A DNA stretch of 64,000 nt, taken from contig PGZE01000005.1 of the NCBI GenBank assembly GCA_002840015.1, positions 408-64,407 on the forward strand, in the 5' to 3' direction. This stretch comes from Gammaproteobacteria bacterium HGW-Gammaproteobacteria-2 (lineage in GTDB: Bacteria > Pseudomonadota > Gammaproteobacteria > Xanthomonadales > Xanthomonadaceae). The notes under the pieces are model-generated. The model was not told the origin of the DNA. It made no database searches and was given only the letters and a program-made list of their open reading frames with translations. Both the position numbers and the translations under genes were made by a program. Of this stretch, positions 30,987 through 41,680 are shown piece after piece. How positions within the stretch are numbered: position 1 is the first letter of the stretch; the number at the start of each line of letters is the position of its first letter.

Positions 30987-32258
30987 ATGCTGCTACTTCA
31001 ACGCGCCTCTGCCCCCAGCACCAGCCACGGCAAGATTGGTCTGGCCATCGCCGGCGGCGGGCCGCTGGGCGGCATTTACGAATTGGGCGCCCTGCGCGCA
31101 CTCGAGCTCGCCACCGAAGGGCTGAACCTGACCCGGGTCGATGTCTCGGTCGGGGTCAGCTCCGGCGCGTTTCTCGCCGCCGGCCTCGCCAACCGCATGA
31201 GCACGGCCGATATTTGCCGTATCTTCATCACCGGCGATTCCGATGACGTGCGCTTCCGCCCGGCGCAGTTCGTGCGTCCTGCCTTGTTTGAATATGTTCG
31301 CCGCGCCGCCGGGTTGCCGCGCATCATGCTGGACTGGTGCGCAACCCTGCTGGCCGAACCCACCGATTCGCGGTTGAGCGACTTGATCGGGCATTTCGGC
31401 GGGCTGATTCCGATTGGCCTGTTCGACAATTCCGGCGTTGAGCGTTTTCTGCACGAATTGTTTACCCAACGCGGGCGCACCAATGATTTTCGTGAACTGG
31501 CGCGACCGTTGTATGTGGCGTCGGTGGACCTCGATACCGGCGAAGCGATCCGTTTTGGCAGCAAGGGCTGGGACGACATCCCGATTTCCAAGGCGCTGCA
31601 AGCCAGCTCGGCTTTGCCCGGCCTGTACCCGCCGGTGGATATCCGTGGCCGCCACTTTGTCGATGGCGCACTGCGCCGCACCATGAACGCCTCGGCGGTG
31701 CTCGATCACGGCATCGACCTGCTGCTGGCGGTCAATCCACTGGTTCCGTTCGATACCAATAGCGCCGCCATCCGCAACAAACGCAGTGTCGATCGCATTG
31801 CCCAGGGTGGCCTGCCAGTGGTGTTGTCGCAAACCTTTCGCACCCTGCTGCAATCACGGGTCGAAGTGGGCCTCGCCAAGTACGCCGAGATGTATCCCAA
31901 GGTCGATCAGATCGTGCTGGAACCCAACGCCGACGACAGCGAGATGTTTTTCACCAACCTGTTCAGCTACTCCTCACGCCGGCGCATGTGCGAGCACGCC
32001 TATCGCAGCACGCTGGCCGATTTGCGCGCGCGCCGCGACGTGCTCGGCCCGGTGTTTGCGCGCCACGGCCTGAAGCTGCGCGATGCGGTGCTCGATGATC
32101 CGCACCCGTCCTTGATCAAAGGCTTGCCGCCAATGCCATCGGCCACCGAGACCACAGCGCAACTGCGCCATGCGCTGGATTCGGTAGACGACCTGATCGC
32201 GACCCGCACCCGCAGCACCAAGCGTCGCGGCTCGCAGCGCAAGCGCGCTGCGCGCTGA
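30987..32258 (+). CDS. patatin-like phospholipase family protein
   Basis: GLAIAGGGPLGG oxyanion motif, GVSSGA nucleophile elbow (GxSxG), and a later DGA-type Asp. Confidence 0.85.
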   Translation: MLLLQRASAPSTSHGKIGLAIAGGGPLGGIYELGALRALELATEGLNLTRVDVSVGVSSGAFLAAGLANRMSTADICRIFITGDSDDVRFRPAQFVRPALFEYVRRAAGLPRIMLDWCATLLAEPTDSRLSDLIGHFGGLIPIGLFDNSGVERFLHELFTQRGRTNDFRELARPLYVASVDLDTGEAIRFGSKGWDDIPISKALQASSALPGLYPPVDIRGRHFVDGALRRTMNASAVLDHGIDLLLAVNPLVPFDTNSAAIRNKRSVDRIAQGGLPVVLSQTFRTLLQSRVEVGLAKYAEMYPKVDQIVLEPNADDSEMFFTNLFSYSSRRRMCEHAYRSTLADLRARRDVLGPVFARHGLKLRDAVLDDPHPSLIKGLPPMPSATETTAQLRHALDSVDDLIATRTRSTKRRGSQRKRAAR

Positions 32259-32357
32259 CAGCCGGCTTCAAAAGCGACATGGTGTGAATGCTCTAGTTGC
32301 TGCGCCGACACTGGCACTCGACGGGCGCAGTCGCACCCGCTGTCCACAGCCCGAGGA

Positions 32358-33047
32358 ATGATCATGGCCAAGTCCAAAACCGCACCGCGCACCAAGCGCA
32401 GCAGCAAGTCCACTTCAAGCAAGAGCGATGCCGGCCTGCAAGCCAAGGCAGAGCACCTGTCGCGCTCCATCGTCGAATCCGCCCAGCACATCTGGCTGGC
32501 CGGCGTTGGCGCATTTGGTCGCGCGCAGGAAGAAGGCACTCGCATGTTCGAGGCGCTGGTCAAGGAAGGCATGAGTATTGAAAAAAACACGCGCCACATT
32601 GCTGGTGATCGCGTTGACGCCGTACGCGATGCGATGGAAGAGCGTGTCGGCAATGTCCGCGATCGTGCGTCCGACACCTGGGATCGCCTGGAGAAGGTGT
32701 TCGAGCAGCGCGTTCAGCGCGCCCTGACCAAGCTCGGCGTGCCCGGCAGCAAGGAATTGCAGGATCTGATCGGCCGAGTCAACGAGCTCAATGCGCAATT
32801 GCGCAAGCTGGCTGGCGTGCCGTCCAAGAGCAAGCCCGCCGCAAAGAAAGCCACTGCGAAGAAGGCTCCTGCCAAGAAGGCCGCCGCGAAGAAGGCGACG
32901 GTGAAGAAGGCTGCTGCCAAAAAGCCGGCTGCCAAGAAAACGGCGAGCAAGGCACCGACGGCCAAAAAGGCCAGCAAGGCCGCGCCGCGCAAGAAAGACA
33001 CGCTGCCAAAGACGCCGGCTCCGAGCGCGCCGACCAGTAACGATTGA
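32358..33047 (+). CDS. phasin family PHA granule-associated protein with an AKKA-repeat histone-H1-like tail
   Basis: IWLAGVGAFGRAQEEGTRMFEALVKEG matches the PhaF/PhaI-type phasin domain. The C-terminal about 90 aa are A/K/P repeats. Confidence 0.85.
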   Translation: MIMAKSKTAPRTKRSSKSTSSKSDAGLQAKAEHLSRSIVESAQHIWLAGVGAFGRAQEEGTRMFEALVKEGMSIEKNTRHIAGDRVDAVRDAMEERVGNVRDRASDTWDRLEKVFEQRVQRALTKLGVPGSKELQDLIGRVNELNAQLRKLAGVPSKSKPAAKKATAKKAPAKKAAAKKATVKKAAAKKPAAKKTASKAPTAKKASKAAPRKKDTLPKTPAPSAPTSND

Positions 33048-33127
33048 TTCGCGGCAGCGATAAACCGTGAATCCGGTTGCGCGCCGAGCGTGCAGCCGGT
33101 TGTCACCAGCAAAACCGTTTCAGTTGT

Positions 33128-33203
33128 GGCCCGCCAACCCAAACGATGTCCCGTTAGATCCCTCCCCTTACGGCACTTCGGGTTGGCGGGCCCTTTTATT
33201 TGT
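33128..33203 (+). terminator. candidate intrinsic terminator or structured RNA after the phasin gene
   Basis: 13-bp perfect stem GGCCCGCCAACCC (33128..33140) with GGGTTGGCGGGCC (33180..33192), a 39-nt loop, then CTTTTATTTGT. Confidence 0.45.
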
Positions 33204-33318
33204 GGCTCGCAAGACATCGAAAACACGTCGCGCGGGATACGAAGCGCTTCGTAAAACCCGCCGGCACGGGTTGCCCACACAGGGCATCCACAAAAATACG
33301 CAACTCAACTGTGGGAGT

Positions 33319-33457
33319 AACTGTGTTGCCTGCTGGCGCCAATCCATGCTGTTGGGGAGCCGGCCTGCCGGCGAACAATCATGCGACAGCTTCGCGCGCA
33401 AGGCGCGCTCCCACCAACGCCTTGAAGCACCAGCAGGAGCCCACCCTGTGGGCGACC
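33319..33457. repeat. REP/MITE-like intergenic repeat, copy 1 (TGTGGGAGC...GCGCGAAG type)
   Basis: About 139 bp that aligns by eye along its length to the reverse complement of 49046..49183. Contains an internal palindromic core. Confidence 0.8.
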
Positions 33458-33525
33458 TGCCTGCCCTGCCAACGGGCCGAGCAAGCCAAGCGCCCGAACC
33501 AAAGCCCGTGCGCGCGGCGGCAACC

Positions 33526-35514
33526 CTACCAGTGCACACCGCGCATCAGTGAAGCAAACGCGATCTGCTCATTGCTCGGTGCTGCCGGCTCCTTCGAACC
33601 CGCTTCGCCCTTGGCTGCCGCCGAATCGGGGAACAGCTCAAACGCGGTGTTCATCACCACCTCATAGGCCTTCGGCATCACCGCGTTCAACACGCCGGCG
33701 AAAATACCAAGTCGGGTCGCGATGCGGCTGGGCCGTTCGATGATCGCCTCGACGATCAAATCCGCCGCTTCTTCCGCGCTGATCGTTGGTACCGATTCGT
33801 ACATCTTGGTCGGCGCAATCATCGGCGTACGTACCAATGGCATATTGATGGTAGTGAAGGCGATGTTCTTGCCCGAAAACTCCGCTTGCGCGCAACGGCT
33901 GAACGCATCGAGCGCCGCCTTGGATGCCACATAAGCCGAAAAACGCGGCGAATGCGCGAGCACACCGATCGACGAAATATTGATGATATGGCCGCGACGG
34001 CGATCGGTCATCTTCGGCAAAAAACCCATGATCAAACGCAGCGAGCCAAAATAGTTGAGCTGCATGGTGCGTTCGAAATCGTGGAAGCGATCGTAGCTCA
34101 ATGCGATGGAGCGGCGGATCGAACGGCCGGCATTGTTGACCAGGATATCGACCGCACCGTGCTCTTTGAGCACGGTTGCAATCAGCGCGTCGCATGACGC
34201 AATTTCCGCCAGATCCGCGGTATACGCCCAACACTTGCCGCCAGCAGCGATAATCTGGTCGCGGGTCTTGAACAACTCTTCTTCACCACGCGCCACGATG
34301 ATGGTCTTGGCCCCCGCCTCGGCGACCTTGATCGCTGCGGCCTGGCCGATACCCGACGAAGCTCCGGTAATCAGCACCACCTTGTCCTTGACCTTGCCCT
34401 TGAGCGAGCGATCGATGAACAGCGCCGGGTCGAGGTTGCGCTCCCAGTAATCCCACAGCCGCCAGGCGTAATCGTCCAGGCGCGGCACCGCGATTTTTGT
34501 ACCCTTCAAGGCGCGCTCGGTTTCACGCGCATCAAAGCGGGTCGGGTAATTGATGAACGACAGCATCTGCGCCGGAATATGCAGGTCGCGCAGCAGCATG
34601 TTGGTCATGCGCTTGACCGGTGGTAGATTGGCAATGGCCATGCGTACCGCACCGGGCACAAACGCAAACATGCGGGTATCGATACGCAAGGTCATTTCCG
34701 GTGCATGGCCGGCGCGGCAGAAGGTATTGAGCGCCTCGCCCACGCGCGAGGGCTCGGGGTCAACCAGGTGGAAGCAGTGCCCATCGAGCCCTTTCTTGTG
34801 CGCGATGTGATCCATGGCATCGGCCACATAATCCACCGGCACCATGTTGATGCGGCCGCCCTCGATGCCCAGCGTCGGCATCCATTGCGGCAGGGTTTCG
34901 CGCATTTTCTTGATCAGCGTGAAAAAATAGTACGGGCCGTCGATCTTGTCGATCTCGCCGGTTTTGGAATGGCCGAGCACGATCGCCGGGCGATAAATCC
35001 GCCACGGCACCGTACATTCGGTTCGCACCAGCCCCTCGGAATCGTGCTTGGTACGGAAATAGGGGTCTTGCAGGCCCTCGGCCTCGTCAAACATGTCCTC
35101 GCGGAACACCCCCGGATACATGCCGGCAGCGGCAATCGAACTGGTGTGATGGAAGCAGCCAGCCTTGATCGCAGTAGCCAGTTCGATGGCATGGCGTGTG
35201 CCCTGGATATTGGCCACCTGCTGGCTTTCGGCATCGGCGGTGAGATCGTAAATCGCGGCGAGGTGGAAAAAATGCTGCACCTTGCCCGACAGGCTGCGTA
35301 CTTGCGCAGCGGTCAAGCCAAGCTTGGGCTTGGCCAGATCGCCCACGACCGGATGGATGCGGCGCGCGTCCCAACCCATGCGCTCGATCATCTGCGTCAG
35401 TTTTTTTTGTGAACTTTTGCGCACCAGCACGTGGACTGTGCCTTTGCGCTTGAGCAGATTGGAAACCAGATGACGGCCAATGAATCCGGTTGCACCGGTG
35501 ACGAAATACGACAT
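33526..35514 (-). CDS. two-domain fatty acyl-CoA reductase-like SDR oxidoreductase
   Basis: Start MSYFVTGATGFIGRHL (NAD-binding, male-sterility type). C-terminal classical SDR (ITGASSGIGQAAA, YVASKAAL). 662 aa. The rest of the 1073-aa ORF is antisense to dusB. Confidence 0.85.
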   Translation of the reverse strand: MSYFVTGATGFIGRHLVSNLLKRKGTVHVLVRKSSQKKLTQMIERMGWDARRIHPVVGDLAKPKLGLTAAQVRSLSGKVQHFFHLAAIYDLTADAESQQVANIQGTRHAIELATAIKAGCFHHTSSIAAAGMYPGVFREDMFDEAEGLQDPYFRTKHDSEGLVRTECTVPWRIYRPAIVLGHSKTGEIDKIDGPYYFFTLIKKMRETLPQWMPTLGIEGGRINMVPVDYVADAMDHIAHKKGLDGHCFHLVDPEPSRVGEALNTFCRAGHAPEMTLRIDTRMFAFVPGAVRMAIANLPPVKRMTNMLLRDLHIPAQMLSFINYPTRFDARETERALKGTKIAVPRLDDYAWRLWDYWERNLDPALFIDRSLKGKVKDKVVLITGASSGIGQAAAIKVAEAGAKTIIVARGEEELFKTRDQIIAAGGKCWAYTADLAEIASCDALIATVLKEHGAVDILVNNAGRSIRRSIALSYDRFHDFERTMQLNYFGSLRLIMGFLPKMTDRRRGHIINISSIGVLAHSPRFSAYVASKAALDAFSRCAQAEFSGKNIAFTTINMPLVRTPMIAPTKMYESVPTISAEEAADLIVEAIIERPSRIATRLGIFAGVLNAVMPKAYEVVMNTAFELFPDSAAAKGEAGSKEPAAPSNEQIAFASLMRGVHW

Positions 35515-35643
35515 AAACCCCTCCCAGTATGGTTTGCGCCAGCCCGGCTTTGCCGCCGACTTCGGCCCAGCATAGCCAGCATTGCCGCTCCGTGCTACAG
35601 GGTACGGAAAATCACCACCCTGCGGCCACAGTACAATGCGCCC

Positions 35644-36636
35644 ATGCGCATCGGCCCCTACCTGATTGACCCACCCGTGTTGCTGGCACCGATGGCCGGT
35701 GTCACCGACAAGCCGTTTCGGCTGTTGTGCAAGCGTATGGGTGCCGGGATTGCAGTCTCGGAAATGACCACCTCCGACCCACGCCTGTGGCGTACCGCCA
35801 AATCCCTTCAACGCATGGATCATGACGGCGAACCGGCCCCGATCAGCGTGCAAATTGCCGGTTCCGACCCGCAGCGCCTGGCCGATGCCGCGCGCTTCAA
35901 CGTCGATCACGGCGCGCAGATCATCGACATCAACATGGGCTGCCCGGCGAAAAAGGTGTGCAATGTCTGGGCCGGTTCGGCGTTGATGCGCGACGAGGTG
36001 CTGGTGGCGCGCATCCTCAGCGCCGTGGTTTGCGCGGTATCGGTACCGGTGACGTTGAAGATCCGCACCGGCTGGGACGCCAATCACCGCAATGCGCTCG
36101 CCATTGCCCGCATCGCCGAGGATTGCGGTATCGCGGCACTGGCAATACACGGCCGCAGCCGCGATCAGCTCTACACCGGCCATGCCGAGTACGACACCAT
36201 CGCGAGCGTGAAGGCCGCGCTGCGCATTCCGGTGATCGCCAATGGCGATATCAATTCGCCGCAAAAAGCGCTGCAGGTGCTGCGCCAGACCGGCGCCGAT
36301 GCGGTGATGATCGGCCGCGCCGCGCAAGGCCGGCCGTGGATATTCCGCGAAATTCGCCACTACCTTGCCTGTGGCGAACTGCTGCCGCCACCCTCCTTGC
36401 TTGAGGTGCGCAACATCCTGCTTGCCCATCTCGACCAGTTGCACGCATTTTATGGCGAGCCGCAGGGCGTGCGCATCGCACGCAAGCACCTGGGCTGGTA
36501 CGCCAGGGATCGCCCGGAAAATGCCGCGTTTCGCGCCGTGGTCAATGCCGCTGAAACCGCCACTGCACAACGCCAAGTCACAGCCACGTATTTTGATGAA
36601 CTGATCTCCGACGTTCCACTGGCTGCAGTATTGTGA
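35644..36636 (+). CDS. dusB: tRNA-dihydrouridine synthase B
   Basis: MRIGPYLIDPPVLLAPMAGVTDKPFR, DINMGCPAKKV, TLKIRTGW: collinear with DusB. Confidence 0.93.
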   Translation: MRIGPYLIDPPVLLAPMAGVTDKPFRLLCKRMGAGIAVSEMTTSDPRLWRTAKSLQRMDHDGEPAPISVQIAGSDPQRLADAARFNVDHGAQIIDINMGCPAKKVCNVWAGSALMRDEVLVARILSAVVCAVSVPVTLKIRTGWDANHRNALAIARIAEDCGIAALAIHGRSRDQLYTGHAEYDTIASVKAALRIPVIANGDINSPQKALQVLRQTGADAVMIGRAAQGRPWIFREIRHYLACGELLPPPSLLEVRNILLAHLDQLHAFYGEPQGVRIARKHLGWYARDRPENAAFRAVVNAAETATAQRQVTATYFDELISDVPLAAVL

Positions 36637-36730
36637 TTGGCGGGAAACATCGGAACGTGCCAAGTGTAGGCAGCGAATAAACTTCTTTGAGCCGCTCATG
36701 AACCAGGCGCGGACAGATGCGGACAGATGC

Positions 36731-36760
36731 TTGACAGCGGCGCACAAATTGGTCTATGTT
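36731..36760 (+). promoter_or_regulatory. candidate sigma70 promoter (TTGACA, 18-nt spacer, TATGTT)
   Basis: Read directly. Preceded by the direct repeat GCGGACAGAT x2 (36709..36728). About 95 bp upstream of the DUF3800 ATG. Confidence 0.35.
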
Positions 36761-36812
36761 GCGCGAAGACAAATGTCTGACGTCGAACCAGATTTGTTCT
36801 GGGCGACAAATC

Positions 36813-36836
36813 CTAAGGCCGCGCAAGCGGCCTTAG
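36813..36836 (+). terminator. perfect 10-bp GC-rich hairpin (CTAAGGCCGC gcaa GCGGCCTTAG) followed by TTGTTCTT
   Basis: Read directly. Lies 18 nt before the DUF3800 start, so it is either the dusB terminator or a leader attenuator. Confidence 0.5.
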
Positions 36837-36853
36837 TTGTTCTTGGGGGGCTG

Positions 36854-37687
36854 ATGCACATCTGCTACGTCGATGAAGCCGGTTGCCCTGGCGCCCTACC
36901 GGCCCGGAACTCGAACGTTCAACCCACGCTGGTCCTGACCGCGCTCTTCATCCCTCAACAGAATCTAGCCCCGCTTACCTGTCAATTCCTGACGCTGAAG
37001 TCACGCTTCAATCCTGGACTACGCGCAGGCTGCAACCACTTTTTGGATGTGGCGAAGAAAGAGATCAAGGGATCCGACCTCCGGGGTGATATCCGGAGGG
37101 CGAACCGGAACCGTCGGCGTGCGGTCTTCGGCTTTGTGGACTCGGCGCTCGAGTTGCTGACGAACAACGACGCAAGAATCCTGGCGCGCGTGTACGTGAA
37201 GGGTCCGGGCCAGCCTTTCGACGGGAGAGCCGTCTACACTGCGTCGATGCAAGCGCTGTGCGCCGGCTTTCAGCGTTTCCTGGAAGAACAGAACAGCCAA
37301 GGTCTGATCATCGCCGATTATCGGACTCCTGCACTCAACTCGACTGTCTCCCATTCGATCTTCACTCAGAAATTCCGCGTCGACGGGGATCCTTACTGCC
37401 GCATCTTGGACATGCCGACATTCGGACACAGTGAGAATCACATCCCGCTCCAAATCACAGACCTGCTCTGCTCAACCATCCTGACGCCTATGGTTTCGAG
37501 CGCCTACTGCGTCGGCCATATCGATAGCGTGCATGTCCATCCCAATGACAATCTGATCAGAATCAGATACGCAAGCGCCATGCGTGAGCTTTGTTATCGT
37601 TACGAAACGCTGGGGCGGATGAAAGGCGGCATCACTCTTCACGATGCGATCGCCAGGCGATCCGCAACGGCGCTGTTCGCCCCCTGA
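36854..37687 (+). CDS. DUF3800 domain protein (single-gene insert, lower-GC)
   Basis: MHICYVDEAG N-terminus (YIDESG-like) and C-terminal IPLQITDLLCS (QxADxxA-like) fit DUF3800. G-rich RBS present. Confidence 0.72.
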   Translation: MHICYVDEAGCPGALPARNSNVQPTLVLTALFIPQQNLAPLTCQFLTLKSRFNPGLRAGCNHFLDVAKKEIKGSDLRGDIRRANRNRRRAVFGFVDSALELLTNNDARILARVYVKGPGQPFDGRAVYTASMQALCAGFQRFLEEQNSQGLIIADYRTPALNSTVSHSIFTQKFRVDGDPYCRILDMPTFGHSENHIPLQITDLLCSTILTPMVSSAYCVGHIDSVHVHPNDNLIRIRYASAMRELCYRYETLGRMKGGITLHDAIARRSATALFAP

Positions 37688-37924
37688 ATGCCGAGCAAAT
37701 TGACGAAGGAGGCCGGCTACCCACTCAAAGGCATAGGGTAGCAAGTCAGAAGTGCGCCAAGTCGCGCGCTCTTGACGCGTGGCACGGCGTATCCGGCTTT
37801 ACAGCTTGAAGCAAGGTGATTTGTCCTGCGACGCGGCGCTGTCACCGGCACATGCACACCCTCTTACTCTGCGCTATCATGCACAACCTATCTTTCCATC
37901 CGAATCAAAGGATATAAGGCCGCG

Positions 37925-39050
<1,126 letters not shown>

Positions 39051-39108
39051 TCGGCGACACTCGGGTAAAAGCACACCTGGGGATACTCTGCGCCAGGAGG
39101 TTTCCGTC

Positions 39109-39128
39109 ATTCCCGCGCAAGCGGGAAT
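39109..39128. repeat. REP-type hairpin ATTCCCGC gcaa GCGGGAAT
   Basis: Perfect 8-bp stem. Belongs to the GTCATTCCCGCGnnnGCGGGAATCC repeat class common in Xanthomonadales and pseudomonads. May act as the metK terminator. Confidence 0.6.
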
Positions 39129-39290
39129 CCAGTGACTTCAGAAAATCAGGCACTAACAGCCTGCCCTCGTATGCTTTGATCGGGGGCTGGCATGACGAGG
39201 CTAGTGTCGGGTCACATGCACTGTGAGCGCGCTCCCGGCACAGCCGTTGCCAGCACCGGCTGGCTGCTGCAATTCTGCTAAGTTAGGCAC

Positions 39291-39683
39291 ATGACCGTCG
39301 CCATCTTGCTCATCACCCACGAAGGGCTCGGCAGCCCGTTGATTGCCACCGCTGAGCGCATGCTCGGCACCCTGCCGTTACCAGTTGCCGCGCTGGACGT
39401 GCCTTTTGATGCCGACCCGGATGCGATGCTGGTTGCGGCCAGCGCAGCGCTACGCAGCGTTGACCAGGGCGATGGCGTGCTCATTCTCAGCGATCTGTAC
39501 GGCGCCACCCCGGCCAATATCGCGCGCCGTGCGGCGTTTCTGGGCAGCCCGGTGCGCCGGGTTGCCGGCCTGAGCCTGCCGATGTTGCTGCGCATATTGA
39601 ATTATCCCGACCTCAACCTTGATGCAATGGCCAAGGCGGCGGTTACCGGCGCCCGCCTGGGAGTGATCGCTGACGATGCGTGA
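39291..39683 (+). CDS. PTS EIIA component, mannose/fructose family
   Basis: VAILLITHEGLG with a phosphorylatable His. 130 aa. Followed by HPr and EI. Confidence 0.83.
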   Translation: MTVAILLITHEGLGSPLIATAERMLGTLPLPVAALDVPFDADPDAMLVAASAALRSVDQGDGVLILSDLYGATPANIARRAAFLGSPVRRVAGLSLPMLLRILNYPDLNLDAMAKAAVTGARLGVIADDA

Positions 39684-39945
39684 AGCCAGCCTGCGTGTGC
39701 AAAACCGACTCGGCCTGCATGCCCGCGCAGCGGCCAAGCTGGTCCAGGTATTGTCCAGTTTTCAAGCGGACGCAACGCTGTGCGCGCGTGGCCGCGAGAT
39801 CAATGGCAAGAGCATCATGGGCGTGATGATGCTGGCTGCGGGCCAGGGCAGCGAGGTTCTGCTGCGCCTTGATGGCGCCGATGAGGACGCGGCATTGGCG
39901 GCAGCGCAGGATTTGTTCGCGCGCCGTTTTGACGAGGAGAACTGA
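39676..39945 (+). CDS. ptsH: phosphocarrier protein HPr/NPr
   Basis: VQNRLGLHARAAAKLV active-site His region and GKSIMGVMMLAA. 89 aa. Confidence 0.9.
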   Translation: MREASLRVQNRLGLHARAAAKLVQVLSSFQADATLCARGREINGKSIMGVMMLAAGQGSEVLLRLDGADEDAALAAAQDLFARRFDEEN

Positions 39946-39946
39946 G

Positions 39947-41671
39947 ATGCGCGCGCTGATACAGGCCACCGGCGCGTCACGCGGCCTCGCCCTGGGTCGG
40001 GCGCGCCTGCATCTGGGCCGCGCGTTTGATATCGAAGAGCGCACGGTCGATGCCGATCACATTGACGACGAACTGCAACGCCTGCGCGCTGCAATGGCAC
40101 TGGCACGCGAACAGTTGGGTGAAATGCGTGATCGCTTGCAGGGTGCATTGGCGCATGAGCTGGGCGATTTCATCGATTTCCACGCGCTACTGCTTGATGA
40201 CCCAGAGCTCGTCTCGGGCTTGTCGGAATTGATCCGGGTTGGTCATTACGCCGCCGAATATGCGCTCAAGCTGCAACGTGATCGTCTGGTTGCTGTGTTC
40301 ACCAGCATGGACGACCCGTATTTTCAGAGCCGGCGCGAGGATCTCGATCACGTGCTGGGCCGGGTGCTGGCTGCACTGCACCGCGATGCCAGCCCGCCCA
40401 AACCTGGCATGGCCGGTGAGGTGCTGGTCTGTGACGCGGTGGCACCCTCGGAGTTGGCACAACTGAAAGCCGAAGGCGTGGTGGCCATTGTCAGCGCCAC
40501 GGGTAGCGCGTTGTCGCATGCGGCGATTCTGGCACGCAGCCTGCACATGCCGCTGGTGCTGGGCGCGAACGAGCTGATTGGCCACGTCAACGATGGCGAT
40601 GCGCTGATCGTGGATGGCGGCAGTGGCGAAGTCATCCGCGAGCCTACCGGCCGCGATCTGCGGCATTATCGAACGCGCAAGCGTGAAATGCAGCGTGCCG
40701 GCGAGCAGCGCCTGCGTCTGCGGCGGATGCCCACGCGCACCCTGGATGGCTCCGACATCCGCCTGTATGCCAATGCCGAATCGCGCGACGATGTGGCCGA
40801 AGCGCATGCACTGGGTGCGGCGGGTGTGGGCCTGTACCGCACCGAATTCCTGTTTTTACACAGCACCGAACTGCCGGACGAAGAATCGCAGTTCCGCAAT
40901 TACCGCGATCTGGTGCTGGGCATGACCGGCCGCGCGGTCACCATCCGCACCCTGGATCTGGGCGCCGACAAAGCCGACCGCTGCGGCCTGGTTCTGGGCA
41001 GCGAATCCAATCCGGCGCTCGGCGTGCGCGGAGTGCGGCTGTCGCTGAGCCGCAGCGATGTGTTCGGCACGCAGTTGCGGGCCATCATCCGCGCTTCGGC
41101 CTATGGCCCATTGCGCGTGCTGGTGCCGATGGTCGCGCGGCGCGAGGAAATGCAGGCGGTGCGCAAACTGCTGCTTGCTTGCCACGCCGATTTGCGCAAG
41201 GAAGGGTACGAACTGCCCGAGCCACCAGCCTTGGGCGCGATGATCGAGGTGCCAGCGGCAGCACTGGCGCTGCACAGCTTGATCGACGTCGTCGATTTTC
41301 TCTCGATCGGCACCAACGACCTGATCCAGTACGTGCTCGCCGCCGACCGTGGCAACGATGCGCTGGGTGACCTGTATTCACCGATGCATCCAGCCATCGT
41401 GCATCTGTTGCACCAGATCATCGCCACCGGCAAACGCCATCACATTCCGGTATCGGTGTGCGGCGAGCTGGCCGGCGACCCACTGTTCACACCGATGTTG
41501 CTGGCCTTGGGGCTCACCGAGTTCAGCCTGCACCCGAGTACCTTGCTGGAGGTGCGCGAACGCATCCGCGCCGCACATCTGGGCAAGCTGCGCCGCCGCG
41601 CCAACAGCCTGCTGCGTGCGCGCGACCGGCCGGCACTGGAGCGCTGGCTGGCGCGTTGTGAGGAGCGGTAG
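39947..41671 (+). CDS. ptsI: phosphoenolpyruvate-protein phosphotransferase (Enzyme I)
   Basis: GSALSHAAILARSLHMP catalytic His, GLYRTEFLF, IGTNDLIQY. Confidence 0.92.
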   Translation: MRALIQATGASRGLALGRARLHLGRAFDIEERTVDADHIDDELQRLRAAMALAREQLGEMRDRLQGALAHELGDFIDFHALLLDDPELVSGLSELIRVGHYAAEYALKLQRDRLVAVFTSMDDPYFQSRREDLDHVLGRVLAALHRDASPPKPGMAGEVLVCDAVAPSELAQLKAEGVVAIVSATGSALSHAAILARSLHMPLVLGANELIGHVNDGDALIVDGGSGEVIREPTGRDLRHYRTRKREMQRAGEQRLRLRRMPTRTLDGSDIRLYANAESRDDVAEAHALGAAGVGLYRTEFLFLHSTELPDEESQFRNYRDLVLGMTGRAVTIRTLDLGADKADRCGLVLGSESNPALGVRGVRLSLSRSDVFGTQLRAIIRASAYGPLRVLVPMVARREEMQAVRKLLLACHADLRKEGYELPEPPALGAMIEVPAAALALHSLIDVVDFLSIGTNDLIQYVLAADRGNDALGDLYSPMHPAIVHLLHQIIATGKRHHIPVSVCGELAGDPLFTPMLLALGLTEFSLHPSTLLEVRERIRAAHLGKLRRRANSLLRARDRPALERWLARCEER

Positions 41672-41680
41672 ACTGCGCCA

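Noticed and set aside
32800-33010. Repetitive GCC-AAG-AAG-GC DNA in the phasin 3-prime region as a possible non-coding tandem repeat
   Set aside because: It is in frame and encodes the AKKA/PAKK histone-H1-like tail typical of PhaF-type phasins. It is a coding low-complexity region.
33526-36747. 1073-aa ORF, the longest in the window
   Set aside because: Only the C-terminal 662 aa (from MSYFVTGATGFIG at 35514) look like a real protein. The N-terminal 411 aa are Arg/Ala/Gly-rich and lie exactly antisense to the well-supported dusB gene, a typical high-GC shadow ORF.
37688-37924. SAM riboswitch upstream of metK
   Set aside because: I looked for SAM-I (GAGGGA..GCAACC..GGTGCTAA) and SAM-II-like signatures and did not find them. 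Only a short CTACCC/GGGTAG hairpin is present. A covariance-model scan (Rfam/Infernal) would be needed to be certain.
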